From positions 65,920 through 129,919 of the forward strand of contig JAGCXL010000023.1 in NCBI GenBank assembly GCA_017961295.1: a stretch of 64,000 nucleotides of DNA. The letters run 5' to 3'. The stretch comes from Elusimicrobiaceae bacterium. Lineage in GTDB: Bacteria; Elusimicrobiota; Elusimicrobia; Elusimicrobiales; Elusimicrobiaceae. Each line of letters opens with the position of its first letter. The stretch's first letter is position 1. The notes beneath the pieces are model-generated. The model made no database searches and had not been told where the DNA came from. It was given only the letters and a program-made list of their open reading frames with translations. Both the position numbers and the translations under genes were made by a program. Below, piece by piece: positions 1 through 10,600 of the stretch.

Positions 1-89
1 AAGTTTTCTACTTTGCTCACGCGCGTATTGATAAATTCTTTAATGGCCGGTGTAAGTTTAATATTTTTGGCCGTAATTTTAATATCCAT
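1..89 (-). CDS. hpf: Ribosome hibernation promoting factor / RaiA family (5' part; runs off window)
   Basis: Manual translation from ATG at 89 gives MDIKITAKNIKLTPAIKEFINTRVSKVEN, a typical HPF N-terminus; SD GGAGG upstream; not in ORF track. Confidence 0.85.
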   Translation of the reverse strand, partial: MDIKITAKNIKLTPAIKEFINTRVSKVEN

Positions 90-352
90 AATCCCTCCAA
101 GAATTTTTCCGGGGTTCCCCGTACAACTATTTAATCATTATCCGGGGGGGTGTGTCAACCGCAACTTGATACGCGCGCCTGCGCGTACGGACGCAAAAAA
201 TACCACCCTCAACCCCGCACCTGCTAGCCGGCGCAGCAATCAAGGGTGGCAAATGGTATTTAGCATTCTTTAGTTCATCCCTCCCAACGTCTAGATATTG
301 GTAGTATAAGCACTTTTTAAAAAAAATCAAGGGCTTATTTATTTAAAAACGG

Positions 353-1324
353 TTAATTAGGTGTTTGATTTTTAAATAACGTTACTATATTGTTGAAGTT
401 TTTATGTGTTTTTTGAACCAGATAAGGATAGGCATCTTTTTGTTCGACGCGGTTAAAATCGCTTCCCATCACTTCGCGCATAAAACTAACTAGACTTTCG
501 TTAAAGACAGGAAACGTGAAGTAATCTTGGTGTGTTTTTTTCTTTCCGCGGTAATGATCCGCCCACACATAAGAAGAAATAATCCCTACCAATTCCCCGG
601 TGTTTGTCATCACGCCCGAGCCGCTCATTCCCTTTTGAATACCAAAGTTATTGGTAAAAGCATATCCTAAGTCTTTAAGATAATAAACAGGACTGGAGTT
701 GATTTTAATGGCTCGTTTCCCATCAAAAATAGAAATTACGGAAAGCGTGCGGTCTATGACGTAATTGCCATTATCAAAAACGGCAATAGGTGGCAAAGAG
801 GGGCTCAAAACTTTGAGATACTGACTGTAGGAACGCGGATTGCGTGACATCCAGGCATTAAATTGTTCGTCATCCAGGGCAATATTGTTTGGATTTTTAG
901 CGTTTGCACGCCGATAATAAATTTTTTCGTCACGATTAAAATCCAAGCGGATAAGGGCAAAATCGTCCTTGGCAAGTTGACTGGATTTGTAACCCGGGTG
1001 TATAAATACACGAGGATTTTTAGAAGTATGTGTTGTTTGTGCAAAGACGGAAACAGGCGTATCCAGTAAATCCATGCGCAGCATGCAGGTGTCGGTGCAC
1101 AGTTTTTCTACGCAATGGGCTGCGGTGGCAAACCAATGAGGGGCAAACCGCGTGGCCTGGCATTTGGAGCCTTGCAAGCCCTCGGCAGAAATGAAATACT
1201 CAAACGTGTGGTAGAAGTCTTTTTTGGTAGAGTGTTTATCGGTATCGGTCACTGAAATAACGCTTACCTCGCCAAATAACGGGAGTACACACCAACATAG
1301 CCATAAAAAAATACATTTTTTCAT
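353..1324 (-). CDS. Secreted trypsin-like (S1) serine protease
   Basis: Signal peptide MKKCIFLWL; catalytic motifs TAAHC, DDFALIRL, GMSGSG. Confidence 0.85.
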   Translation of the reverse strand: MKKCIFLWLCWCVLPLFGEVSVISVTDTDKHSTKKDFYHTFEYFISAEGLQGSKCQATRFAPHWFATAAHCVEKLCTDTCMLRMDLLDTPVSVFAQTTHTSKNPRVFIHPGYKSSQLAKDDFALIRLDFNRDEKIYYRRANAKNPNNIALDDEQFNAWMSRNPRSYSQYLKVLSPSLPPIAVFDNGNYVIDRTLSVISIFDGKRAIKINSSPVYYLKDLGYAFTNNFGIQKGMSGSGVMTNTGELVGIISSYVWADHYRGKKKTHQDYFTFPVFNESLVSFMREVMGSDFNRVEQKDAYPYLVQKTHKNFNNIVTLFKNQTPN

Positions 1325-2442
1325 AAATCTTCCTGTGGAAAAATTAAACAAGCATCAAATCCGCTACGATTACGGAAAATGGGGTCCTTTTCTTCCCACC
1401 GCAGGAGAGTGACTTTCTTATCATAGGCCCGAATAAAAGGTTCCTCTTTCATGGCATAACCAAAGGGCATATCCGGGCCTAGAAATTGACTTTCTAACTG
1501 TAAAACAAAATTTTGAGGAGAAGGGGTGGTCAGCGAAAAAGGGGCCCGATAGTGGGTGTGCATGCTCCCGGCGTAAATAAACAAAATTGCTTGGGGGTTT
1601 TTAGAAGCCACATAGCTAATAATGCGGCGCCAATGAGCATTGCGTTCTTGCATACCGAAAACGGATTCGTATTGGCTTTCGGAGGGGGTAAATAAAGCCT
1701 CGTGTTCTTTGATATAAGCCAAATTTTCCAGTCCGATTACATCAATACCTTCTTTGATAAATTTATTGAAAAAAATAAAATCTTTGTCATTTCGTCTAAA
1801 AGGCATTTCCAAACGTTTGACGGGCTTACCGGGCATTTGCCAGGGCAGTAGACGGTCGGATACAAATTCGGTAAGGACAATAATTTTTCGGTGGGGATAT
1901 AAAGCGTGATATTGAAGGACCAGATTTTCAAACGCTTTGTAAATGGCGGGGTGATTATGCTCTTCTCCTACAAAAATTTTGCGTGCTTGTGCGGGAATTA
2001 GACGGGCGTAATCTATGTCTTGAGGATCCAAGTGTGAAATAGATAAAGCTTCATAAATAGACTCTTGATGTCTTTGTAAGAACGCCAAATCTTTTTCAAT
2101 TGTTTCAAACCAGGGCAACGCCATTTTGTCGTTGCGTAAAGCAAAAGCAGGGTCATTTATAGGGAGTGTTGCGACGGGGGCGCTAAGCGGCGCCATACTA
2201 CGAAAGGGGACCGTTTTGGCCGATTTAAAATAGGTTGTCCGGTTGGAATGTGCCCAACGTGCGGTTTGGGAATTTTTAAGGACAGCCCGATCCATGTGTT
2301 GGGTAATGATTCGTTGCAAACGGGCTTCTTGCGGGGTAAGCGCGTTGGTGATTGATTTAATAGTGGCACCCCGCGTAACATTTCCGCACATAAGAGGCAA
2401 TCCCGCGAAGAAAAGTAAAAATAACAATAAAAACCGCTTCAT
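1321..2442 (-). CDS. Secreted hypothetical protein, possibly ChaN/EreA-like fold
   Basis: Signal peptide; KIFVGEEH, ERN..W and YAGSMH motifs; 4-bp overlap with the protease gene. Confidence 0.5.
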   Translation of the reverse strand: MKRFLLLFLLFFAGLPLMCGNVTRGATIKSITNALTPQEARLQRIITQHMDRAVLKNSQTARWAHSNRTTYFKSAKTVPFRSMAPLSAPVATLPINDPAFALRNDKMALPWFETIEKDLAFLQRHQESIYEALSISHLDPQDIDYARLIPAQARKIFVGEEHNHPAIYKAFENLVLQYHALYPHRKIIVLTEFVSDRLLPWQMPGKPVKRLEMPFRRNDKDFIFFNKFIKEGIDVIGLENLAYIKEHEALFTPSESQYESVFGMQERNAHWRRIISYVASKNPQAILFIYAGSMHTHYRAPFSLTTPSPQNFVLQLESQFLGPDMPFGYAMKEEPFIRAYDKKVTLLRWEEKDPIFRNRSGFDACLIFPQEDL

Positions 2443-2480
2443 ATACTCATTGTAACAAGAAACGGTTTTAAATTCAAATG

Positions 2481-2507
2481 AACCGTACCGTTTAATGCGG
2501 TACGGTT
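2481..2507 (-). terminator. Intrinsic terminator-like hairpin after obgE
   Basis: AACCGTACCG/CGGTACGGTT inverted repeat. Confidence 0.6.
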
Positions 2508-2515
2508 TATGAAAG

Positions 2516-3895
2516 CTATTTTTTGCCTTCTCGGCGGGCTTTACGTTTGGCTAAGCGCTCTGCTTTTGTTTCGCGCCGTTTGTAACCCGCATGTTCAGGT
2601 GCCTGGGGAGCTTCCTGGTCGAAATCACCGTTCCACTCAAATTCTTTACCGCCCACGACTAGCAAATCCCCGTCTTGCACGCCTTGTTTTAAGAGGGCTT
2701 TTTCCAAGCCGATTTTTTTGAAAATACCTTTTAGGCGCGTAACGGCCTCGGGCTGCGTGAAGTTAGTCATGGCAATAAATTCTTCCACTTTTTTACCGGT
2801 GATGTGAATGACATCGTTTTCATCGCGCGTAATCGTAAAGATGGGTTCTACTTTATGCACAACCGGTTTTTCTTCTTCTATAGAAATTTGCTCTACGGGG
2901 GGAGAGGATAAAATTTTTACTACTTCGTCCAATACTTCTTTAATTCCTTGGCCGGTAGCGGCTGAAATAAGCATTACTTTGTACTTTTTAAATTTTTTAG
3001 AAATAGCTTTATATACTTTTTCCGCGCTGGGCAAATCGGCTTTGTTTACGGCAATAATACGCGGTTTTTCGTAGAGTTTTTTATTGAAATTTTTAAGTTC
3101 TTTTTCAATTACTTTTACGCTCTGTTCGGCGGATAAACCGTCAAATCCGTCCGGATCTACTAAATGTAACAGTACGCGCGTGCGTTCAATATGTTTTAAA
3201 AACTGAAAACCCAGCCCCTTGCCTTCGCTGGCTCCTTCGATAATGCCGGGAATATCGGCGGTGGCAAAACTGACGCCTTGATGTAGTGTAATTCCCAAGT
3301 TGGGGTTTAAGGTGGTAAAAGCGTAGTCGGCAATACGGGGGCGCGCCGCGGAAATACGGCTTAAAAAAGTACTTTTGCCTGCATTGGGGAACCCAACTAA
3401 CCCCAGGTCGGCTAAGACTTTAAGTTCTAAAATCAGCGTTACTTCTTCGCCGGGCAGTCCGTTTTCGGCAATGTGTGGGGCGGTGTTTTGTTGGGTTTTA
3501 AAAGACTGGTTGCCGCGTCCGCCCGCGCCGCCTTTGGCAACGGTAAATTCTTGGCCGGGCTTGGTCATATCCACTAAAAATTCGCCTTCTAACGTGCGCA
3601 CAATTGTGCCGCAAGGTACGTAGACGTAGCGGTTTTCGCCTGCGTGGCCCGTTTTGTTGTAAGAGCCGCCTTTTTCTCCGTTAGGAGCATCAATGTGAGG
3701 GTGATAGGCCAGTTCTAAGAGCGTGGTTAGATTGGGTTCGGCTTTTAAAATAACGTCGCCGCCGCGTCCTCCGCAACCCCCGTTAGGGCCGCCAAATTCA
3801 ATAAATTTTTCACGCCGAAACGACAAACAACCGTCGCCACCTTTGCCGGCGGTAACGTAAATTTTAACACGATCTAAAAAACTGCCTGATTGCAT
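2516..3895 (-). CDS. obgE: GTPase ObgE/CgtA
   Basis: FLDRVKIYVTAGKGGDG, GFPNAGKS, DIPG, NKAD; next to rpmA. Confidence 0.97.
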   Translation of the reverse strand: MQSGSFLDRVKIYVTAGKGGDGCLSFRREKFIEFGGPNGGCGGRGGDVILKAEPNLTTLLELAYHPHIDAPNGEKGGSYNKTGHAGENRYVYVPCGTIVRTLEGEFLVDMTKPGQEFTVAKGGAGGRGNQSFKTQQNTAPHIAENGLPGEEVTLILELKVLADLGLVGFPNAGKSTFLSRISAARPRIADYAFTTLNPNLGITLHQGVSFATADIPGIIEGASEGKGLGFQFLKHIERTRVLLHLVDPDGFDGLSAEQSVKVIEKELKNFNKKLYEKPRIIAVNKADLPSAEKVYKAISKKFKKYKVMLISAATGQGIKEVLDEVVKILSSPPVEQISIEEEKPVVHKVEPIFTITRDENDVIHITGKKVEEFIAMTNFTQPEAVTRLKGIFKKIGLEKALLKQGVQDGDLLVVGGKEFEWNGDFDQEAPQAPEHAGYKRRETKAERLAKRKARREGKK

Positions 3896-3914
3896 ATTGC
3901 AAAATCCTTTTGGC

Positions 3915-3949
3915 AAAAAAAGCGGCAGGAAAAAGATTCCCGCCGCTTT
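3915..3949 (-). terminator. Terminator/attenuator between rpmA and obgE
   Basis: AAAGCGGCAGGAA/TTCCCGCCGCTTT stem followed by a T-run on the minus strand. Confidence 0.6.
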
Positions 3950-3963
3950 AAGGTGCCAAATGT

Positions 3964-4335
3964 TTATTTATCCGCTTTTTTGGCAGCCGGTTTAGCGGTA
4001 GCTTTTTTAGCGGGCGCCTTTTTTTCAGCTTTTGCAGCCGGTTTGGCAGCAGCTTTCTTGGCAGGCGCAGATTTTTCCGCAACTTTGGGGTAAACGGAAA
4101 TTTGTTGTTTACCTCTTTTTACCCATTCAAAGGTAACAATGCCGCTTACGCGGGCAAAGAGGCTGTCGTCGCTGGCGCGGGAAACGTTGGTTCCGGGAAG
4201 GAACTTGGTGCCGCGTTGGCGTACGATAATTTCCCCAGCGTTTACAAACTGGGAGCCATAGCGTTTAATGCCTAAACGTTGGCCGTGGCTGTCTCTTCCG
4301 TTAGAGGAAGAACCTTGAGCTTTTGTATGTGCCAT
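3964..4335 (-). CDS. rpmA: 50S ribosomal protein L27 with Ala/Lys-rich C-terminal tail
   Basis: [26 protein letters not shown]. Confidence 0.97.
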   Translation of the reverse strand: MAHTKAQGSSSNGRDSHGQRLGIKRYGSQFVNAGEIIVRQRGTKFLPGTNVSRASDDSLFARVSGIVTFEWVKRGKQQISVYPKVAEKSAPAKKAAAKPAAKAEKKAPAKKATAKPAAKKADK

Positions 4336-4350
4336 TGTTTATCTCCCAAT

Positions 4351-4659
4351 TTATAACGCAATATCCGTTATTTTAATTTGCGTTAAGTTTTGTCTATGGC
4401 CCTGGGTGCGTTCGTACCCTTTTTTGGGGCGGCGTTTATAGACAATCACTTTTTGACCTCTCAAGTGTTTAACCACTTGAGCGGTGACCTTGGCCGCGGT
4501 AGCGGCTTTGGTATCTGCTGAGGTACTTTCTTCGTTACCGGCCCAAAGAACTTTAAGTTCTACGGTATCACCGGCTTTCGCGTCCAGCTTTTCAACCTGC
4601 AGATCTTGACCGGGTTTTACCCAGTACTGTTTTCCACCAGTTTCAATAATTGCGTACAT
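4351..4659 (-). CDS. rplU: 50S ribosomal protein L21
   Basis: MYAIIETGGKQY, GHRQ. Confidence 0.97.
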   Translation of the reverse strand: MYAIIETGGKQYWVKPGQDLQVEKLDAKAGDTVELKVLWAGNEESTSADTKAATAAKVTAQVVKHLRGQKVIVYKRRPKKGYERTQGHRQNLTQIKITDIAL

Positions 4660-4735
4660 AAGTTTATTCCAGCTTCATTTCCCTTAAAGGGGAAAATCCG
4701 CTACTATAATTATAGCATATTTGGCCTAGCAAACG

Positions 4736-5848
4736 CTATGCGCCAAATAAATCTTTGAGGAAACTCTTTTTGCCGCCCGTTTCTTGCGCCAGGGCCTCTA
4801 AAAGCTCTTTTTGTTTGGCAGTAGGTTTTTTAAGGACTTCTATTTTAACGTTGATTAAGAGGTCCCCAAACCCTTTTTTACCCAAGCGCGGCATGCCGTT
4901 GCCTTGTACTTTAAGCACGTCGCCAAATTGGGTGCCTTTGGGGATAGTAACCTCTATTTCTTTGCCTTCAATAGTGGGTACTTTAATGGTACCACCCAGT
5001 ACGGCTTGGGGGTAGGTAATGGGGGCGTCTATGACTAAATTGTCGCCATCGCGGCGAAAAATTTTGTGTTCTTTGACGTGTACTTCTACATATAAGTCGC
5101 CAAAGCCACCGCCGTTTTCGCCAATGTCTCCACCGTTGGAAACACGCAACGTAACCCCGGTGCGCACGCCGCTAGGCACTTTGACGGTAATTTTTTCTTT
5201 CACGCGCTTATGGCCCGTACCACGGCACTCAGTGCAGGGTTTTTCCACTACGGTTCCTTTGCCACCGCAATCGGGGCAGACTTGCCGCATACTAAAAAAC
5301 CCTTGGGAATACGTCACTTGGCCCGAGCCGTTGCAGGAACGGCACGTTTTGCGTTGGGAGCCGGGTGCGGCGCCGGAGCCGTCGCACGCTTGGCAATTAT
5401 CTTGCCGCGTATAATCGACAGGCATTTCTTTGCCGCTAAAGGCCTCTTCCAGGGATAATGTTACGTCTAATTTCAAATCTTCCCCGCGGGTGACACGCGG
5501 ACCGCGTGAACGGCCGCCAAACCCGCCGCCGAAAATATCGCCAAACACGGAGCCGAAAATATCGTTAATATCACCAAACCCATTGGCGTTAAAGCCGCCA
5601 AATCCGCCTGCGCCGTTGACACCTTCGTGACCGTATTGGTCATACATTTGTTTTTTTTGAGGGTCCGACAAGACAGAGAAAGCCTCGTTGACTTTTTTAA
5701 ATTGTTCCTCAGCATTTTTATCGCCGGGATTTCTATCGGGGTGATATTTCATGGCCTGTTTGCGAAAGGCCGATTTAATTTCCACTTCGCTAGCGGTGCG
5801 CTCAATTCCGAGGATTTTGTAGTAATCTTCTTTCATAGTTGTAGGCAT
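4736..5848 (-). CDS. dnaJ: Chaperone DnaJ
   Basis: J domain with HPD, G/F region, four CxxCxGxG repeats. Confidence 0.97.
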   Translation of the reverse strand: MPTTMKEDYYKILGIERTASEVEIKSAFRKQAMKYHPDRNPGDKNAEEQFKKVNEAFSVLSDPQKKQMYDQYGHEGVNGAGGFGGFNANGFGDINDIFGSVFGDIFGGGFGGRSRGPRVTRGEDLKLDVTLSLEEAFSGKEMPVDYTRQDNCQACDGSGAAPGSQRKTCRSCNGSGQVTYSQGFFSMRQVCPDCGGKGTVVEKPCTECRGTGHKRVKEKITVKVPSGVRTGVTLRVSNGGDIGENGGGFGDLYVEVHVKEHKIFRRDGDNLVIDAPITYPQAVLGGTIKVPTIEGKEIEVTIPKGTQFGDVLKVQGNGMPRLGKKGFGDLLINVKIEVLKKPTAKQKELLEALAQETGGKKSFLKDLFGA

Positions 5849-5943
5849 AGATGTCGTATTACCTATATTTTAGCAAATTTAACAGGTGCCAGTATAGTTT
5901 GCCAAAAAGAAACGGTTTAAAAAAACTACCCCGGGAACACAAC

Positions 5944-5970
5944 GAGATCCTGAATTAAATTCAGGATGAC
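5944..5970 (+). repeat. REP-like palindromic element, copy 1
   Basis: GAGATCCTGAATTAAATTCAGGATGAC; 25/27 identical to reverse complement of 37513-37539; lies in the loop of a CCCCGGGAAC/GTTTCCGGGG hairpin. Confidence 0.75.
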
Positions 5971-6008
5971 GTTTCCGGGGCGGGTATGTAAAGTGACAGG
6001 AGGGTTTG

Positions 6009-7088
6009 TTACAAAATAATCCCGCCGCCCAGCACTATATCCCCGTCGTAAAGCACGGCGCTTTGGCCCGCTGTGATAGACAACTGCGGCTGCTCAAACA
6101 GAGCGGTAAAGTGGCCGTCCTCCTGTACGGTTATGTGTGCTTTGGCGGGCACATGCAAATTGCGAATTTTGACATCACAATCAAATTCGCGTGCCGGCGG
6201 ATACCCCGCCACCCAACTGATATTGTCTGCGCGCAGATACTTTTTATATAACGCTTCTTTGGGGCCGATGATGACTTGATTTTTTTTAGCATCAATACCT
6301 ACTACATACATAGGTTGCGCAAAACCGCTAATACCCAGCCCTTTGCGTTTGCCGATGGTGTAATTCCAAATACCGTTGTGGCGGGCTACCACTTGTCCTT
6401 CGGTGGTGAGAATATCCCCGGGCTTGTTGGGGAAGTTTAACAGGTCGTTATAATCGCCGCAATAAAAGTCCATACTGTCTTCTTTATCGGCTACTTTCAG
6501 GCCGGCCTCACGCGCTTTTTGGCGAATTTCGGGTTTTGTTTTTTCTCCCAACGGAAACAAAACGTGCGAAAGTTGTTCTTGTTTTAAACGATGTAAAAAA
6601 TAGCTTTGGTCACGCGAGTTGTCTACCGCTTTTTTAAGCAGGTACGCACCGGTGGTCGGGTCTTTTTCCACGCGCGCGTAGTGACCAGTAGCAAATTTAT
6701 CGAACTTAATGCCTTGTTTGGCGGCCGCGCTGGGCAATACGCCAAATTTGATTAAACTATTGCACAACACACATGGATTAGGTGTACGCCCGCACGAATA
6801 TTCCAAGCGGAAATTATCCAATACCGTTTGTTTATATTCTTTGCGACAATCCACCGTTAAGAAATCAATGCCGAGTTTTTTGGCAATTTCTTCCACTTCG
6901 GTTAAATCTTCTTTTTCGGGGGCTAAACATGCATTTTTTTGATGTTCCCCTTTGGGAACGGGTAAGGAAGGGTCCCAAATAATCATGGTTGCCCCGATTA
7001 CGTGGTAGCCTTGCTCTTTGAGCATCACGGCCGTAGCGGCAGAGTCCACTCCGCCGGACAAGCCGACCAGTACAGTCTCTTTTTCCAT
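6009..7088 (-). CDS. mnmA: tRNA 2-thiouridylase MnmA
   Basis: SGGVDS, TPNPCVLCN, ATGHYA, DQSYFL, GQSAVLY. Confidence 0.96.
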   Translation of the reverse strand: MEKETVLVGLSGGVDSAATAVMLKEQGYHVIGATMIIWDPSLPVPKGEHQKNACLAPEKEDLTEVEEIAKKLGIDFLTVDCRKEYKQTVLDNFRLEYSCGRTPNPCVLCNSLIKFGVLPSAAAKQGIKFDKFATGHYARVEKDPTTGAYLLKKAVDNSRDQSYFLHRLKQEQLSHVLFPLGEKTKPEIRQKAREAGLKVADKEDSMDFYCGDYNDLLNFPNKPGDILTTEGQVVARHNGIWNYTIGKRKGLGISGFAQPMYVVGIDAKKNQVIIGPKEALYKKYLRADNISWVAGYPPAREFDCDVKIRNLHVPAKAHITVQEDGHFTALFEQPQLSITAGQSAVLYDGDIVLGGGIIL

Positions 7089-7184
7089 CAAAACCTCTCA
7101 AGTTGAAAATTTGTACTTAAGGTTGAAAGCCAAAAGGACACATATATTGTAGTATTTTTGGAGCGTGGACATTGGAGCAAAAAT

Positions 7185-7211
7185 AAAACCCCCGGTTTGC
7201 ACCGGGGGGTT
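7185..7211 (-). terminator. Intrinsic terminator
   Basis: AACCCCCGGT/ACCGGGGGGTT stem with T-run on the minus strand. Confidence 0.75.
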
Positions 7212-7226
7212 CGGTAATTAGCAAAC

Positions 7227-7451
7227 TTATTTGGCGTTTACCATTTTGGCGCGAGAAATATCGCCTTTTTTATCTAAGAAATAGAGGTATCCTTTTTCTT
7301 TTTTAATACCGCATTTTTCTACTTTTTTCGGTTTGCCACCTTTTTTGCCACCGCGGGCCATTTGCACACGGGCGATATCACCGTCTTTATCGATGTAGTA
7401 CAAGAAACCGTCTTCGCGGTCCATGCCTACTTTGAGTACTTTTTCAGCCAT
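7227..7451 (-). CDS. Small basic protein with internal tandem duplication
   Basis: Two ~30-aa repeats (KVxKxG..ExGxLYxxDKxGDIxRxxM); strong SD AAGGAGGAG; own terminator. Confidence 0.85.
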   Translation of the reverse strand: MAEKVLKVGMDREDGFLYYIDKDGDIARVQMARGGKKGGKPKKVEKCGIKKEKGYLYFLDKKGDISRAKMVNAK

Positions 7452-7668
7452 TTTAAACTCCTCCTTAAAGGATCGTCGTTAATATTAACGTACAAACGTC
7501 GTACCCCTTCACTATAATAAAAAAAAAATTATTTTGCAAGTATTTTTTTTAGTCGAGGCCTCCCTCGTAGCCTTTTTGTATTAGTACGCGTAGAAGCCAA
7601 AAGAAAGGGTTTACCTTATATGAGGGCCCGGAAAATGATATAATATCCTATATTTCTAAGGGAACGCT

Positions 7669-10600
7669 ATGTACTTAAAAGCAATAGAAATTCTTGGTTT
7701 TAAATCCTTTGCAGATAAATCCCGCCTGGACTTTGAGCCCGGCATTACCTGTGTGGTAGGGCCTAACGGATGCGGCAAATCGAACGTAATTGATTCGGTA
7801 CGTTGGACGATCGGCGAAATGAGTTGGAAAGCCTTGCGCTCCGGGTCCATGGTGGATATTATTTTTAACGGAACTGCCAAACGTGCTCCCTTAAATATGG
7901 CGCAAGTGAGCATGATTTTTGATAATGCATCTCGCCAGCTTCCTTTAGATTTTAACGAAATTACCGTTACACGTAAAATTTTCCGTTCCGGAGAGAGTGA
8001 ATACTATTTAAATAAAGTACAGTGCCGCTTGCGCGACATACGCGATTTGTTTTTGGATACCGGGATCGGCGGCGGTGGATATGCCATTATTGACCAGGGC
8101 GGGGTGGAAAGCGTACTTTCCGCTTCGGCCGAGCAACGACGTGAAATGTTTGAAGAAGTGGCGGGTGTATCTAAATACAAGGCCAAACGCGAGGAGTGTA
8201 TCCGCCGTTTAGAGCGTGTGGATATGGACCTAGCTCGCTTGTCCGATACGGTAGCTCTTATTACCGAGCAGATTAAGAAGTTGGACAGCGAAGCCAAAAA
8301 AGCACGTCTTTATCAAAAGTACCGCGAAGAACTTAAAGAAAGTGAAATTGCAATTTCACTGCACTCTTTGAAAGAATCGGCCGCTTTGATTGCCAAACAT
8401 TCCGGTGAATTGCAACCCATTGAACAAAAATTAACCGATTTAGAAAATCGCATTTCCGCCCAAGAAGGCGCTACGGCCGCTTTGGACTTAAACTTAACGC
8501 ACAAGCAAAAAGAAGCTGCTGTTTTTAACGAAAAAATTTCCGCCAGTAAATATCAGGTAGGGTTATTGGAAGGCGCCATTAAAAACTGCGATAACTTAAC
8601 CGCCGAGCTTACCGCGCAAATTGCATCGTCGGGCGCAGAAGCACAACGCGGGCAAAACCGATTGGCGGAATTGGGGCCGGCACTTGCTAAACTTAAAGAA
8701 AGTCTGGCGGTCGTAACAGCCAAATTAAACCCTTTACAAGAAAATTACAACGCAAAAACCGCACAGGCCCAGCAACTGGAAAATGATTTGCGTACCGCCG
8801 ATAGCGATTTGCAACGCGCTTCCAACGAGCTCATGACTTTAGTGCAAAAACAAATGGAAGTAACCAACAAAATTGCGCTGGAAGAATCTAACATTAAGCG
8901 CGAAGAAGAAGATTTAATTGCCGCCGAAAAAGCCAATCAAGCCCAGCAAAAAGGACTCAGAGCTTTGCAAGAAAGCGTGCAAGAAGTAACCTTGCGTGTG
9001 CAAGGCAAACAAACCGAAGCGGATACCTCTAAAAGCGCGATTGCCCAGGCGGAAACGACACTGCGCAATTTGCAGCAAGAACGGGCTTCTTTAAATGAAA
9101 AGTTGTCCGGTGTGAAGTCGGCCCGAGCGGGGTTGGCTGCCAAGTTGGAACTTATTCAAACTCAGGGCAAAAATGACCCGTACTGGGTGGGTGTTAAAAC
9201 CGTTTTAGATGCTAAATTGCCCGGCGTAAAAGGCACCTTGCGTAAGGCGCTAAAATATCCGGCCAGTTTGCAAGTAGCGGTGGAAGAATCTTTTGGTAAG
9301 TATCTAGATGCCCTGCTTTGCGATACACATGTTACGGTGCAAAAATGTGTGGAATTATTGCAAAGAACCGGTAAAGCGCGTGCCAAATTTATCGTTTTAG
9401 AAAGTGTTCCGCAAGCTACCGTAGAGAAAAACGGTACGCTTAAAAAACAACTTACTTACAAAGCCGAATTGGAAGATTTAATTGATTTAATCATCGGCGG
9501 ATATTCTTACCAGGCCGGGGTCGTAAACGGCGGATTTTTTGTAAGCGGCGGGGACGAAAGTGTCCGCGCGCCCGAAGCCTATTGGGGCGAAGAAGAAACC
9601 GTCAAAGAGCAACTGGCAGCCCAAACTCTGCAAGAAGAAAAAATCACGGGTGAATTGGCCAAAAATTTGGAAAATTTAACGCGGGCTGAGGCTGATTTAA
9701 AGAACTTGCGCGTCAAAGCACAGGAAGTGGTATTGGCCTTAAATTCCGTTCAAAATGAACGCGCTAATAAAGAGCGTGAACTGAAACTTGTGGAAGAAAC
9801 GCTTGCTAAAGCGGCCGCACGCAAACAGGAAATTACGCTACGTGTGGATAACCGCAAGGCGCAAATCGACACATTACAAAAACAAGTAGCGCAAATCAAA
9901 GCGCAACATGAAGATTGTGTAAAACGTTCCGAAGAAACGAAAAAACGCCAGCAAACATTGCGTGAGCAAGCCGAAGTACTTAAAAATGAAATTAATGCAT
10001 TAAGTGCCTCTTTGTATGAAATGCGCATTCAAAAAAATAATGTGGAATTAGATTTAAAATCCACCGAATATGAATTTAACAGCTTGACGGAAAACGAAGG
10101 CAAACGTAACGAAAAAATTGCCTCTTCCAATTTGCGCTTAAAGAGCTTAGCCGATGAAAAATTAACGACGCAAGCCAAATTATCTACCGAACGCGATACG
10201 TTGGCCAAGCTGGAAATTGACGAACATCAAATGCGTGCCGATTTAGAAGCACTTAAAAAGGATTACGACGAGAAAATGAGCGCGTTGAACGCGTGCAAAA
10301 AAGAATCCTCCGATTTAACGCTTCAAAAAAATAATTTAGAAAATGCGCTTGCCAACGCACGGCGGCAGCATACTACGGTGGCAAACAGCCTTTTTGAAAG
10401 TTGGAACATTACTCCCGAAGAAGCCGAAATGAACTACGGCAAAAAAGAAGTAGATTACGAACGCGTAAAAATGATGCGTAAACGCATTGAAAATATGGGT
10501 GCCGTCAATATGACTGCGCCGGAAGAGTACGATGCGCTAAACGAACGTAATGAGTTTTTAAAAGCACAAATGGCCGACTTAGATGGAGCCAAGAAAGATT

